Assembly: GCF_000237865.1 (NCBI RefSeq)
Contig: NC_017459.1
Span: 990,001 to 1,022,000, forward strand
DNA: 32,000 bases
DNA from: Haloquadratum walsbyi C23
GTDB lineage: Archaea > Halobacteriota > Halobacteria > Halobacteriales > Haloferacaceae
Direction of reading: 5' to 3'
Made by a program: the position numbers and the translations under genes. Within the stretch, counting starts at the first letter, position 1, and each line of letters opens with the position of its first letter. Positions 1-9,364 of this stretch are shown here, in pieces. A model generated the notes under the pieces. The model saw nothing but the letters and a program-made list of their open reading frames with translations. It was not told the DNA's origin and did not search any database.

Positions 1-84
1 TGATCGACCGTTTAATATATTGGGTTCGTTCGAATGAATTACGTCATGAAACTGTCTATGAGTGCAGTGATTCATAAAGTAATT

Positions 85-567
85 TTAAACGTCATTTTCA
101 TTTGGCATATCGTGTGAATCTGACTCATCAACTTCGGAATCGGTGTTTTCTGTGTCTGTGGCTTCAACAGGAATCTCCTGACGTTGGCGAAGTGATACAA
201 GCTGTTTTTCTGCTGCAGGTTTCAACGAGAAACTCCCGTTGATATCTGCTGGCTCACGACCGTGCACGACTCGACCAAATGGTCCGGATACGACAGGATA
301 TAGACCTTCGAGTGTTTCCACCAGTGGTTTCGCAGCGTTATATTCTTCAAGAATACGTCGTATCGTCGCAGCGCCGACATAGATTGTTTCATCTTCGATG
401 AGTGCGAATACAAATGGATGTGCATTAAATTGGGCTTCCAATATTTGCTGCACTGATTTGGACTCCCACCGAATTGGTCGAACATTAGAAAGACGGCATG
501 TTACCGTCGCTGCAGCCGCACGAAACGCTGGGTTACTTCCGTCGTATACGAGCAGTGAGTCAGCCAC
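85..567 (-). CDS. DUF393/DCC-like (thiol-disulfide oxidoreductase fold) protein, Cys-less variant with acidic C-terminal tail
   Basis: 160-aa ORF. The N-terminal 'LLVYDGSNPAF' sits where DCC/DUF393 proteins have YDGxCxxC, but both Cys are replaced. The downstream 'IRWESKSVQQIL ... ALIEDETIYVGAATIRRIL' follows the family layout. The tail is rich in Asp and Glu. Confidence 0.5.
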   Translation of the reverse strand: MADSLLVYDGSNPAFRAAAATVTCRLSNVRPIRWESKSVQQILEAQFNAHPFVFALIEDETIYVGAATIRRILEEYNAAKPLVETLEGLYPVVSGPFGRVVHGREPADINGSFSLKPAAEKQLVSLRQRQEIPVEATDTENTDSEVDESDSHDMPNENDV

Positions 568-721
568 ATATTCTGTATATACGTAATACTTCTTAATGGT
601 GAGGCTTTTATTTCCATATGCTGAATTTTGTGCGTCGATGATGGTACTGTTTCGATGGAGTGTCTCATACGGTTATACAGATATATGCAGATATATGTGA
701 GTCCACTGTATTATATCATAT

Positions 722-892
722 ATGCCAATACGGACTGATATTATCAACGGCATTGTTTCGACCGTGATTAGTGTCGTAGCAACAGTTGCGATGGCTGATA
801 GTGATGATACATGGGATCTAAGTGATGTTGTCCTTGCAGTTGCTGTTTCGGCGTTTCTTTCTGGGTTCTTTACAAGTTACTTCGCCGAATGA
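722..892 (+). CDS. candidate small membrane protein (56 aa, two hydrophobic segments)
   Basis: ATG at 722 and TGA at 890-892. Translation is MPIRTDIINGIVSTVISVVATVAMADSDDTWDLSDVVLAVAVSAFLSGFFTSYFAE. It is below the 60-aa cutoff of the ORF track and lies in an otherwise empty 425-nt gap. Confidence 0.35.
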   Translation: MPIRTDIINGIVSTVISVVATVAMADSDDTWDLSDVVLAVAVSAFLSGFFTSYFAE

Positions 893-992
893 TTATTATC
901 TGATTTGACACATACGTATCAGAGTTATATTGAAATAGTACAGTAGTCATCCAGCTACATATACAGCGTCGGCACGTACAGTAGATATATTC

Positions 993-1718
993 ATGACTCA
1001 GCGATCAGGTCGCTTTCGAGTCTACCGTGTTGTTCCATCAGTGCCACATCTCAATCTGCAAGCAGTTGACGAGCTAACGCTCTATACGGTCTATGAGTCA
1101 GGATATGAAACGATACAGGAGTCAGTTGACACACTTCGGACTGGCGATTTAATCGAGGCAACGATTTCAGGTGACCCAGCAGATGATGCAGAGGCGTGGC
1201 GGTTGACAGCGATTGATCGCATTGGTGGCGTGCGTATGGACTTTGCAGTCAATGCAACGCTTCCAGCAGTCGCTAATACCTGCTGGGAATCCGGTCAGTC
1301 CGAACCACGGTGTGTGACACTCGCCAATCAGGATGACACTCAGTCAAATTCTGGTCCCGACGGTGGCTTTGAGTCATCGACAGACACTGACTCGGCACCC
1401 CCCATTGGGGCTTGCTGTGTCCAACCTCGAGCGGGGCTTCCTGATGGTGCATTCATTCCAAATATTCTCACTGGCACGCTTCCGCTTGAATCAGTGTTAC
1501 AGTCTGTGCCTGGGACTGATGATCCGGCTGTCACCGCATTATTCATTGATCCCGCCCGCCCAAGCGCCGACAACTATGAGATACCATTTGGCGTTGTTCT
1601 GTTATTCACCCAGTCTGATACGGATCTTCGAAAGCGACTTTATCAGCAGTATGACTGCCCAACTGAGCCTGATTCTGACATCGATACCCGACCATCATTT
1701 GATCCATATGCGATGTAA
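993..1718 (+). CDS. hypothetical acidic protein
   Basis: 241-aa ORF with haloarchaeal acidic composition. I recognised no motif. The overlapping alternative-frame ORFs look spurious. Confidence 0.55.
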   Translation: MTQRSGRFRVYRVVPSVPHLNLQAVDELTLYTVYESGYETIQESVDTLRTGDLIEATISGDPADDAEAWRLTAIDRIGGVRMDFAVNATLPAVANTCWESGQSEPRCVTLANQDDTQSNSGPDGGFESSTDTDSAPPIGACCVQPRAGLPDGAFIPNILTGTLPLESVLQSVPGTDDPAVTALFIDPARPSADNYEIPFGVVLLFTQSDTDLRKRLYQQYDCPTEPDSDIDTRPSFDPYAM

Positions 1719-1777
1719 TCAACCTGATTATAATTTTCTGCCAGGCAAATTAATATCATTCAAGCCATAGCTATCAT

Positions 1778-2395
1778 ATGAATAAGAAAGCTGTACAACG
1801 TGCATGGGAGGATATCGCCGAGACGTACGCACAACGTCGTGATCCAAACGGTTCTGATGCAGACCTTGTTTTTGATCTTCAATCAATGGTCGGTCAGGAT
1901 GCGACTATTCTTGATGTTGGATGTGGTGATGGAGCGCGAACGCTAGATAATCTCTCTGAGTCAGGCACTAACGTTGGGCTTGATATCGCTCGACAAAATC
2001 TTGAGCTTGCTCACGACATTGTCCCAACCGCACGGTTACTTCAGGCGGAGATGACACAACTTCCAATTGCAAGTGACTCGATTGATGCTATCACCGCCTA
2101 TCACGCTGTCTTTCACGTCCCCCGTGGCAATCATTCGACTGTCTATAACGAATTTACGCGTGTCCTCCGCCCAGGTGGGACGCTTCTTATGACACTTCCA
2201 GGAGGACGATATGAAACAGTCCGTCGAGGATGGATGGGCGGTGAGATGCTGTTTTCTGCACCTGGACGAGAACAAACGCTCACATACCTCCAAAACGCCG
2301 GATTCGATAATATTCGTACACGACAAGTCACCGATCCACTTGGGAGTAATGCTGAGTTTGTGTTTGCTGACCTCACAGAATCACAAGTAGAGTAA
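1778..2395 (+). CDS. class I SAM-dependent methyltransferase
   Basis: Motif I 'ILDVGCGDGARTL' and post-I 'VGLDIA' are present, together with 'LRPGGTLLMTLP', which is typical of the Methyltransf_11/25 fold. Confidence 0.85.
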   Translation: MNKKAVQRAWEDIAETYAQRRDPNGSDADLVFDLQSMVGQDATILDVGCGDGARTLDNLSESGTNVGLDIARQNLELAHDIVPTARLLQAEMTQLPIASDSIDAITAYHAVFHVPRGNHSTVYNEFTRVLRPGGTLLMTLPGGRYETVRRGWMGGEMLFSAPGREQTLTYLQNAGFDNIRTRQVTDPLGSNAEFVFADLTESQVE

Positions 2396-2623
2396 TAAAA
2401 AAGACATATTATATACGCAGGGTTTTATTGCCCTAGAGTCCTCAATTATTGAGTCAGCAATCTCTGTGAGCATTCAGATTCAATGAGTGAATTATGCAAG
2501 GAGAAGGGACTGATAAAAAATCTGCGTTCAGCTTTGAAAATGGAAAGGGCATATATAGACACAGCAAAATGTGTCAAAATATGATCATTTATATTGCTGT
2601 TGTCATTTCAACCTAGAGTCCAT

Positions 2624-3337
2624 TCAGTCGTCAGCGTTAGCGCTAGCTTCGGTCGGTTCAATGTTCAATCTGTCCAACAACGTTTTTGCAGCCTCACTGC
2701 TCGATCCTGGTCCCCGTCCGGTGATTAGATTCCCATCAACTGTAACACTTGTATCGGCATCAAGTTCAGCATCCCACTCTGCGCCAGCCGCTCGAACTTC
2801 ATCCTCAACCCAATATGGGAGCTTTCGTCCATCAGGCATGCAGTCATCATCATCAACGATTCCCTCTTCCCACTCATTCGGGAATCCGGTTACATTCCGA
2901 CCAGCTACAAGCATTGATCCGTCGGACCCGCGAGTGAATGCGAGAATTCCAACGGCATGACATACAACGAGTGCAACACCATGGTCATCCTCGACGGCAG
3001 TTCGAAGCGCCCTTCGAGCATGTTGGTCATGCGTGATGTCAAATTCTGTCCCATGACCTCCAGGAAACACAACAGCGTCGTAATTGGCTGCATCGACAGA
3101 TGCGAGCGTTTCAGGATTATTTAACCGAGGATCGTTCTCATGAATATCACAGAGATGATCAGCGTATTCCGAACCAACCTCATCGGGATCAATTGATCGA
3201 TCATCAATGACTGGTTGTTCACCCGTAGGTGTTGCAACAGTTACTGTAACTCCAGCGTCATCAAGCGTTGTAAGTGGCTCAATACATTCTTCTCCCCAAT
3301 AGCCTTCCTCCGTAACAATGAATAATGCACTTGTCAT
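2624..3337 (-). CDS. DJ-1/PfpI family (type 1 glutamine amidotransferase-like) protein
   Basis: Contains 'VVFPGGHG' and the nucleophile-elbow 'VVCHAVGILA' (Cys-His), characteristic of the DJ-1/ThiJ/PfpI fold. Confidence 0.85.
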   Translation of the reverse strand: MTSALFIVTEEGYWGEECIEPLTTLDDAGVTVTVATPTGEQPVIDDRSIDPDEVGSEYADHLCDIHENDPRLNNPETLASVDAANYDAVVFPGGHGTEFDITHDQHARRALRTAVEDDHGVALVVCHAVGILAFTRGSDGSMLVAGRNVTGFPNEWEEGIVDDDDCMPDGRKLPYWVEDEVRAAGAEWDAELDADTSVTVDGNLITGRGPGSSSEAAKTLLDRLNIEPTEASANADD

Positions 3338-3512
3338 ACACTGTCTCTAATGTAGTCAGCGCTCAAACACCCTTTGATATGACTCATCAAATCCTGCACT
3401 GATGAACGACCACAATACTGTGGCATCGATAATAGCAGTCAAACAGCATATAATATAATTGTTGATGGATATTTCACCCATATCGCCATCTGCTTCTTTA
3501 GAGAAACACAGT

Positions 3513-5066
3513 ATGACGCATACGCTCAGCGAGACATCTACGATTGTGATTGGCGGAGGATTCAGTGGGCTTTCGACAGCTTGCTATCTTGCAGATGCCG
3601 GTGTCGATGTCACGATTCTTGAGCGTCAGGATACGCTTGGTGGCGTTGCTGGACGCATTGAACGATCAGGATTTCAATTCGACACGGGTCCATCATGGTA
3701 TTTGATGCCGGACGTGTTCGAACGTTTCTTTAATGAACTTGGATACGACCCTACAGAATATTATTCGCTGACGCGGCTAGATCCTAATTATCGTGTCTTC
3801 TGGAAGGATGGTGACACAGCAATATTGCCGGCTGACCGAGAGGGTCAACGCGAGCTCTTTGAGCAATATGAATCCGGCGCAGGCGCAGCACTTGACACAT
3901 ATCTTGAGCAGGCTGCAGATGCGTATGAAATTGGAATGGAAGAATTCGTATATAAACATCGACCACGCTTTCGTGACTGGGTTGACCCCGGATTACTCCG
4001 AGCAGCACGTGGCATTACGCTTGTTGGATCAATGGATGATCATATAGCCTCGTACTTCGACTCAACAAAACTTCGGCAGTTACTTGAATATACATTGGTC
4101 TTTCTTGGTGGGTCGCCATACAATACTCCGGCGTTATACTCACTGATGAGCCATGTCGATTTTAATATGGGTGTATACTATCCAAGAGGTGGTATTGCAA
4201 GCGTCGTCGATAGTATCGAAACTATTGCTCACGAGTTGGGCGTAAATATTGAGACAAACACACCCGTTACTGGACTTAGCCGTGCCCACAGTGACACCGG
4301 TGTTCGTGTGCAAACCAGTGCAGACACTCATATCGCGGACCGTGTTGTTAGCACCGTCCCCGTTGCACATACTGACCGTGAACTACTTTCCGACGGGGTC
4401 TCTGATCACGACGGTTCATACTGGGAGTCGCGGACATACGCACCTGGAGCGTTTTTGTTGTACTTAGGCGTTGAGGGTGAGCTTGATTCGCTCGAGCATC
4501 ATACACTTATTCTGCCAACTGATTGGCAATCACATTTCGAATCGATATTTGATGATCCAACATGGCCGACGGATCCATCATATTATGTTAACGTTCCTTC
4601 ACAAACCGACTCAACAGTCGCTCCTGATGGTCATTCGACAGTTGTTATTCTCGTCCCAATCGCACCTGGACTTGATGATAGCGATGCTATTCGTGAACGG
4701 TACCGTGAGAAAGTACTTACTGACCTTGCTGTTCACACTGGCATCGACCTTCGAGATCGGATCGTCGTCGAGGAGACTGCCTGCACTAGTGAATTTGCGG
4801 CGATGGGATATCCGGATGGCACAGCATTAGGACTGGCACACACACTAACACAGACCGGTCCATTCCGACCCGCTCATCGGTCTGATGCCGTCCCTGGATT
4901 GTATCATGCAGGGTCATTCACCGATCCTGGAATCGGCATGCCGATGTGTCTCATTAACGGGAAACATGTTGCTAGCGCCGTTGTGCGTGACATTAAAAAT
5001 GATCGTGCAACAAGTAGGATATCATCAGTGTCATCGGTTGTATCGCAGGCATTTGGGTTTGATTGA
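3513..5066 (+). CDS. phytoene desaturase family (CrtI/CrtD-like) FAD-dependent oxidoreductase
   Basis: N-terminal dinucleotide-binding motif 'IVIGGGFSGLSTACYLADAGVDVTILE' followed by 'LGGVAG'. Length is CrtI-like. The ATG at 3513 places the Rossmann motif near the N-terminus; TTG at 3459 and ATG at 3465 are alternative starts. Confidence 0.85.
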   Translation: MTHTLSETSTIVIGGGFSGLSTACYLADAGVDVTILERQDTLGGVAGRIERSGFQFDTGPSWYLMPDVFERFFNELGYDPTEYYSLTRLDPNYRVFWKDGDTAILPADREGQRELFEQYESGAGAALDTYLEQAADAYEIGMEEFVYKHRPRFRDWVDPGLLRAARGITLVGSMDDHIASYFDSTKLRQLLEYTLVFLGGSPYNTPALYSLMSHVDFNMGVYYPRGGIASVVDSIETIAHELGVNIETNTPVTGLSRAHSDTGVRVQTSADTHIADRVVSTVPVAHTDRELLSDGVSDHDGSYWESRTYAPGAFLLYLGVEGELDSLEHHTLILPTDWQSHFESIFDDPTWPTDPSYYVNVPSQTDSTVAPDGHSTVVILVPIAPGLDDSDAIRERYREKVLTDLAVHTGIDLRDRIVVEETACTSEFAAMGYPDGTALGLAHTLTQTGPFRPAHRSDAVPGLYHAGSFTDPGIGMPMCLINGKHVASAVVRDIKNDRATSRISSVSSVVSQAFGFD

Positions 5067-5237
5067 CCTTATTACTACTGGCACTGCGCGGACTCTGTAT
5101 CATCTACTTAATTTCGTTTCGTATCTATACAAGATGAGAATTCACGCAAGCCAGGAGCAAACTTATTACTCATTTATCTCTGGCAGAGCCGTATAATCCA
5201 TTCAACACCCAATCAGTCTCAGAGATGGACAGAAGCG

Positions 5238-5999
5238 ATGGAGCGTGTGTATTTCCCAGCTATATCAACACATGCAAGAGACCTTCGTAAGGATTTTTTT
5301 ATTGGTCGTACTCGGGGTGATGTGCGCGCAATCACTAATAGCGGCTGGATTGAGGTTGTCACGGGGTCAATGTTCTCAGGTAAGACTGAGGAACTCCTCC
5401 GTCGATTGCGACGAGCCGAGATTGCTGGTCAATCTATTGCTGTATTCAAGCCTGCTGTTGATGACCGATATGGAGAGACAACTGTTGGGTCACATGTCGG
5501 TCGACAATGGGAAGCAGCGGTTGTTCCGAATGAAGGAGAAGATATCTGGAATATCAAAGACGAACTTTCGAAGAAAAAGCAGAATCACCGGACAACCACT
5601 CAATGCAGGAGTGGTGACGGGACAAACAACCCAGGTGGAGTAATTCCATCTAATGATGACTCAGTCGATGTTGTCGCCATTGATGAAGCAAATTTCTTCT
5701 CAACTGAACTTGTGTCTGTTTGTGAATCGCTAGCGAATGATGGCTATCGGGTCGTTGTGTCTGGCACTGATCAAACATATCGCGGCGAGCCATTTGAACC
5801 ACTTCCACAATTAATGGCGGTCGCAGAATATGTTGATAAATTACAGGCAATCTGTACACAATGTGGTGAACCTGCAACGCGGAATCAGCGACTTGTTGAT
5901 GATTCCCCCGCACATATCGATGATCCGACAATCGTCGTCGGTGCTGATGAGACCTATGAGGCACGATGTCGTAACTGTCATATTCTCCGGCATGAGTAA
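5238..5999 (+). CDS. tdk: thymidine kinase with an internal low-complexity insertion
   Basis: P-loop 'GSMFSGKTEELLRR', 'AIDEANFF', and a C-terminal zinc ribbon 'CTQCGEPA...CRNCH'. The start is uncertain; GTG at 5322 would give a canonical short N-terminus. Confidence 0.85.
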   Translation: MERVYFPAISTHARDLRKDFFIGRTRGDVRAITNSGWIEVVTGSMFSGKTEELLRRLRRAEIAGQSIAVFKPAVDDRYGETTVGSHVGRQWEAAVVPNEGEDIWNIKDELSKKKQNHRTTTQCRSGDGTNNPGGVIPSNDDSVDVVAIDEANFFSTELVSVCESLANDGYRVVVSGTDQTYRGEPFEPLPQLMAVAEYVDKLQAICTQCGEPATRNQRLVDDSPAHIDDPTIVVGADETYEARCRNCHILRHE

Positions 6000-6007
6000 C
6001 TCAAGAT

Positions 6008-6610
6008 GTGACGACATGGGTTGAAACGCCGACAGGTGGGCGTGAACGCGGACCACGTGGTGTTGTGCGGGCATGGATTGCTGTTATTATCGCCCCCCGG
6101 CAGTTTTTCGCCAGTGCTGTTACACCTGGCGATCAAGCACCAGGTCTTGTTTTTGCTATTAGTATTGCAACCGCATACGTCGTTGGACTGTTCGCTGGCA
6201 ATCCGTCGCAAATCCCTCAATTAAGTAATAACCTGATGACTTCGGCTGGCATTACAGTCCTTGCGGTTGTACTTCTTATTGCACCGGCAATATTGCATCT
6301 CACCGCTGCAGTTCAGACAATTGTATTGATATTTGTTGTCCCAGATCGGGCAGGCGTCAGCGAGACAGTGCAAATAGTTGCATATGCAGCAGCACCATGC
6401 ATCATCGCTGGAATCCCAATCGCCGCTCTCCGAGTTGTTTGCGCAATATATGCGAGTATATTGCTTATTATTGGAATACGAGAGGTACACACAACGAGCA
6501 CACTGCGTGCAGTTATCGCTGCAGGTATTCCTGCGACGCTCCTCTATGGGTCCGCACTCGGTGGTATTGATGCCGGGGTTGAATTGCTTCAGTCTCTCAG
6601 TATTTTATGA
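6008..6610 (+). CDS. Yip1-domain family integral membrane protein
   Basis: 200 aa with about five hydrophobic helices after an N-terminal '...IIAPRQFF' segment typical of Yip1/YIP1-like proteins. It has a GTG start 9 nt after the tdk stop. Confidence 0.65.
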   Translation: MTTWVETPTGGRERGPRGVVRAWIAVIIAPRQFFASAVTPGDQAPGLVFAISIATAYVVGLFAGNPSQIPQLSNNLMTSAGITVLAVVLLIAPAILHLTAAVQTIVLIFVVPDRAGVSETVQIVAYAAAPCIIAGIPIAALRVVCAIYASILLIIGIREVHTTSTLRAVIAAGIPATLLYGSALGGIDAGVELLQSLSIL

Positions 6611-6695
6611 TCAGATAATAACGAGATATCAGTGCGCAATAAGTGATGAGTGGGATTCGACAATCGTTTTAGTCGTGGACTGCTCTAAGTAATTA

Positions 6696-9005
6696 ATGGA
6701 TTGGATTACGCATGATGAGGACGTTTGGTTCGATTTCAGGGGAGATTCCCCACAACAGTTGACCGCAGGACGATATTACCGTGGAACGGTTGATGGATTC
6801 GCAGACTTTGGTGTCTTTATTGATCTAGCCTCGGGGGTCACTGGATTATTACATCGAAGCGAACTTGACCGCCGACTTGAAACACTCGATTGGGAGTCTG
6901 ATGATACTGTCTTTGTTCAAGTAAAAAACGTTCGTGATAACGGAAATATTGATCTTGGCTGGTCGATTAGGCAATCACAGTCTGAATTCCGTGGGTCAGA
7001 GATTCACGACCCGACTGGAGCAAATGATGGTGAACCTGTTGGGTCTGAAACCGATGACAACACAGATGCTGCGTTGACTACAGAAGCTACTGCAACACCG
7101 TCAGTCTCACGTGGAGGTTCCGACGCGGATGCTGCGACAGTCAAGCGGACACCAGCGGCGACAAGCACAGAGGACACATCAACAGCAAGCACCGACGAAA
7201 CCATATCTGCTGATACTGATCAGGAAACGCCTGGAGAGCCAGCTAACACTGAGGCTGGAATAACAGCGGCAGAGACAGAAACAGAAACGAAAACAGAAAC
7301 GGTGTCAGTCAGTGCTGAAAAAACGAGCACAGCAACAAATGCCGCATCTACACAGTCACCATCCTCAACCACCCAAGGTATTGATGTGGATGACGACGAT
7401 GATGACGAGCTATCGAACCAATCTCCGCCTGTCTCAGATTCACCTCAGAAAACTGAGTCTGAGGCGTTGAATGAACTCGCGGATGACAGAGAGCCAGTCT
7501 CGATTGACTCACTCTCTAATCGGGTTGGAAGTGACGTTCAAATTGAAGGTGAAATTGTTGAAGCAAGACAAACCGGTGGTCCAACAGTCTTCGAGCTTCG
7601 AGATGAGTCAGGGACTGTTGAGTGTGCAGCCTTTGTTGAGGCTGGTGTCCGTGCATATCCTGATGTAGGTGATGGTGATATCGTTCGATTGAATGGTGAA
7701 GTTGAGCGCCGTCGTGGCGAGATTCAAGTTGAGACGAGTGAACTCACACCACTTGAGGGTGCTGCAGCAGAAACCGTTGAAAACCGTCTTGTTGATGCAC
7801 TCACCGCTGAAGCTCGCCCTGAAACGGCAACAGTGCTTGCAACTGATGATCCCCTTTCAGCGCTCAGTTCGCAATTTGTTGATGCTGCAACAGCTATTCG
7901 ACGAGCCGTGTTGGAGTCGCGCCCAATTGTGGTCCGACACGCCGCAACAGCTGATGGATACGTTGCTGGAGCAGCGATTGAACGAGCTGTGCTCCCACTT
8001 GTCAAAGAGGAACATGCGCGTGCAGACGCAGAATACCATTTCTTCACACGACGACCGCTTGACGACCCTGTCTATGGAATGGACACAGCAACAAATGACG
8101 TGACACAAATGCTCCAAGACAACGAGCGGCATGATGAAAAGCTCCCACTGGTCGTTCTCGTTGGCGTAGGCGGAACTGTTGATTCACTTGACGGCATTGA
8201 GCTACTTGGTGTGTATGACGCCCCACGTATTGTTATCGACGCTGGCGATCTTGATGAGGCGATTCTTACAGAGGTGGATACTGTTGTCTCACCCCTCATA
8301 GAGAGTAATGACTCTTTGACAGCGGTCCCCATCTCAACCGGAGCAGTTGGTGCAAACCTTGCTGCAACAATTAACAGTGAGATTACGGCTGAACTCGAAC
8401 ATCTCCCTGCTGTAAGCTATTGGGATCAGACACAGGCTCCGTCAGTATATATTGATCGCGCCGCCGCGGCTGGATATGATGCTACACAGACGCGTGAACT
8501 GCGTGAGGCAATTGCATTAGAAGCATATTATCAGTCATATCAGGATAAACGTGAGTTGATCACCGATCTCCTGTTCGAGGACGACGGCGGACTTGCCGGG
8601 CATGTCTCTGAACAGTTTAGACTCAAACTTGATGCCGAGGTTGAAACAGCAGAAGCGAATCTTGAGACATACCGAGCTGATAATGTTGAAGTCGTCAAGC
8701 TTGATGCAGATGCATACAGCCATCGCTTTGACTTCCCACCAACAGCGCTTCTCTCAGAAACACTACATCGACAAACACGGAGTGAGTCATCAGTGACAGT
8801 TGTGTATTCAACTGATGAACTATTCGTGCATGCAACGACTGATCTCGATATCCGTGCAGTCGCTTCGGCAGCAGGGAATACTGTCCCTGAAGGTGGCGTA
8901 ACAGCCGTTGGAGTTCGACAGAATCGAGTTGAATTCCTTGCTGGGGCACGTGAATCTGTTGTCGATGCTGTTGTTGATGCTGCTGTTGCACAGATTAATA
9001 ACTAA
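6696..9005 (+). CDS. RecJ-like DHH-family protein with N-terminal S1 domain, acidic low-complexity linker, OB fold and degenerate DHH motifs
   Basis: S1-like 'GRYYRGTVDGFADFGVFIDLASGVTGLLHRSEL'. OB-like 'VQIEGEIVEARQTGGPTVFELRDESGTVECAAF'. The DHH-domain layout is present, but motif I reads 'VVRHAATADG' and motif III reads 'IVIDAGDLD'. The linker contains an ETETETKTET repeat (7272-7301). Confidence 0.7.
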   Translation: MDWITHDEDVWFDFRGDSPQQLTAGRYYRGTVDGFADFGVFIDLASGVTGLLHRSELDRRLETLDWESDDTVFVQVKNVRDNGNIDLGWSIRQSQSEFRGSEIHDPTGANDGEPVGSETDDNTDAALTTEATATPSVSRGGSDADAATVKRTPAATSTEDTSTASTDETISADTDQETPGEPANTEAGITAAETETETKTETVSVSAEKTSTATNAASTQSPSSTTQGIDVDDDDDDELSNQSPPVSDSPQKTESEALNELADDREPVSIDSLSNRVGSDVQIEGEIVEARQTGGPTVFELRDESGTVECAAFVEAGVRAYPDVGDGDIVRLNGEVERRRGEIQVETSELTPLEGAAAETVENRLVDALTAEARPETATVLATDDPLSALSSQFVDAATAIRRAVLESRPIVVRHAATADGYVAGAAIERAVLPLVKEEHARADAEYHFFTRRPLDDPVYGMDTATNDVTQMLQDNERHDEKLPLVVLVGVGGTVDSLDGIELLGVYDAPRIVIDAGDLDEAILTEVDTVVSPLIESNDSLTAVPISTGAVGANLAATINSEITAELEHLPAVSYWDQTQAPSVYIDRAAAAGYDATQTRELREAIALEAYYQSYQDKRELITDLLFEDDGGLAGHVSEQFRLKLDAEVETAEANLETYRADNVEVVKLDADAYSHRFDFPPTALLSETLHRQTRSESSVTVVYSTDELFVHATTDLDIRAVASAAGNTVPEGGVTAVGVRQNRVEFLAGARESVVDAVVDAAVAQINN

Positions 9006-9364
9006 TATATCGCGAGCGAATCGACTGACGCCCCAGTACAGTTCACTCTACATTATTTTGTCTACCCTGACAGTTCATTCAAACGACGAGGGACAACGTC
9101 ACAGTTGGTTTTAGGACTTATCTCTGAAATTATCGCTAGCTATAGTACTCTTTCAACAATTGGATATGTATCGAACGACACGCTTAACCTCAAAACAGCG
9201 CGAATATCAAATATGGACATCCGCTCGATAGATCCGCGAGTGAATACCTGTCAGGATAAATATATATCTGGCGATCAATACTCAATATATCAGCATACTG
9301 ATTTTGATCCTTACTTTGATCTATCAACAGCGGATATCACATACACTATCATAGGAGCCAAACA

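Noticed and set aside
20-40. 'GGGTTCGTTCGAATG', resembling a tRNA T-arm (GGTTCGAATCC)
   Set aside because: There is no complementary stem, acceptor stem or anticodon arm around it. I found no convincing tRNA gene in the window.
2432-2621. Exact 10-mer 'cctagagtcc' at 2432-2441 and 2612-2621 in the convergent gap between the methyltransferase and DJ-1 genes
   Set aside because: It is a single short direct repeat with no extended similarity or pairing potential. It may be chance or a terminator-associated motif, and the evidence is too thin to call.
7004-8332. Multiple 60-136-aa antisense or alternative-frame ORFs inside the RecJ-like gene (similar ones occur inside crtI, NFACT, the aminotransferase and the surface protein)
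   Set aside because: They are nested within long, motif-supported CDSs and have skewed composition rich in Ser, Arg and Val. This is the expected shadow-ORF pattern.
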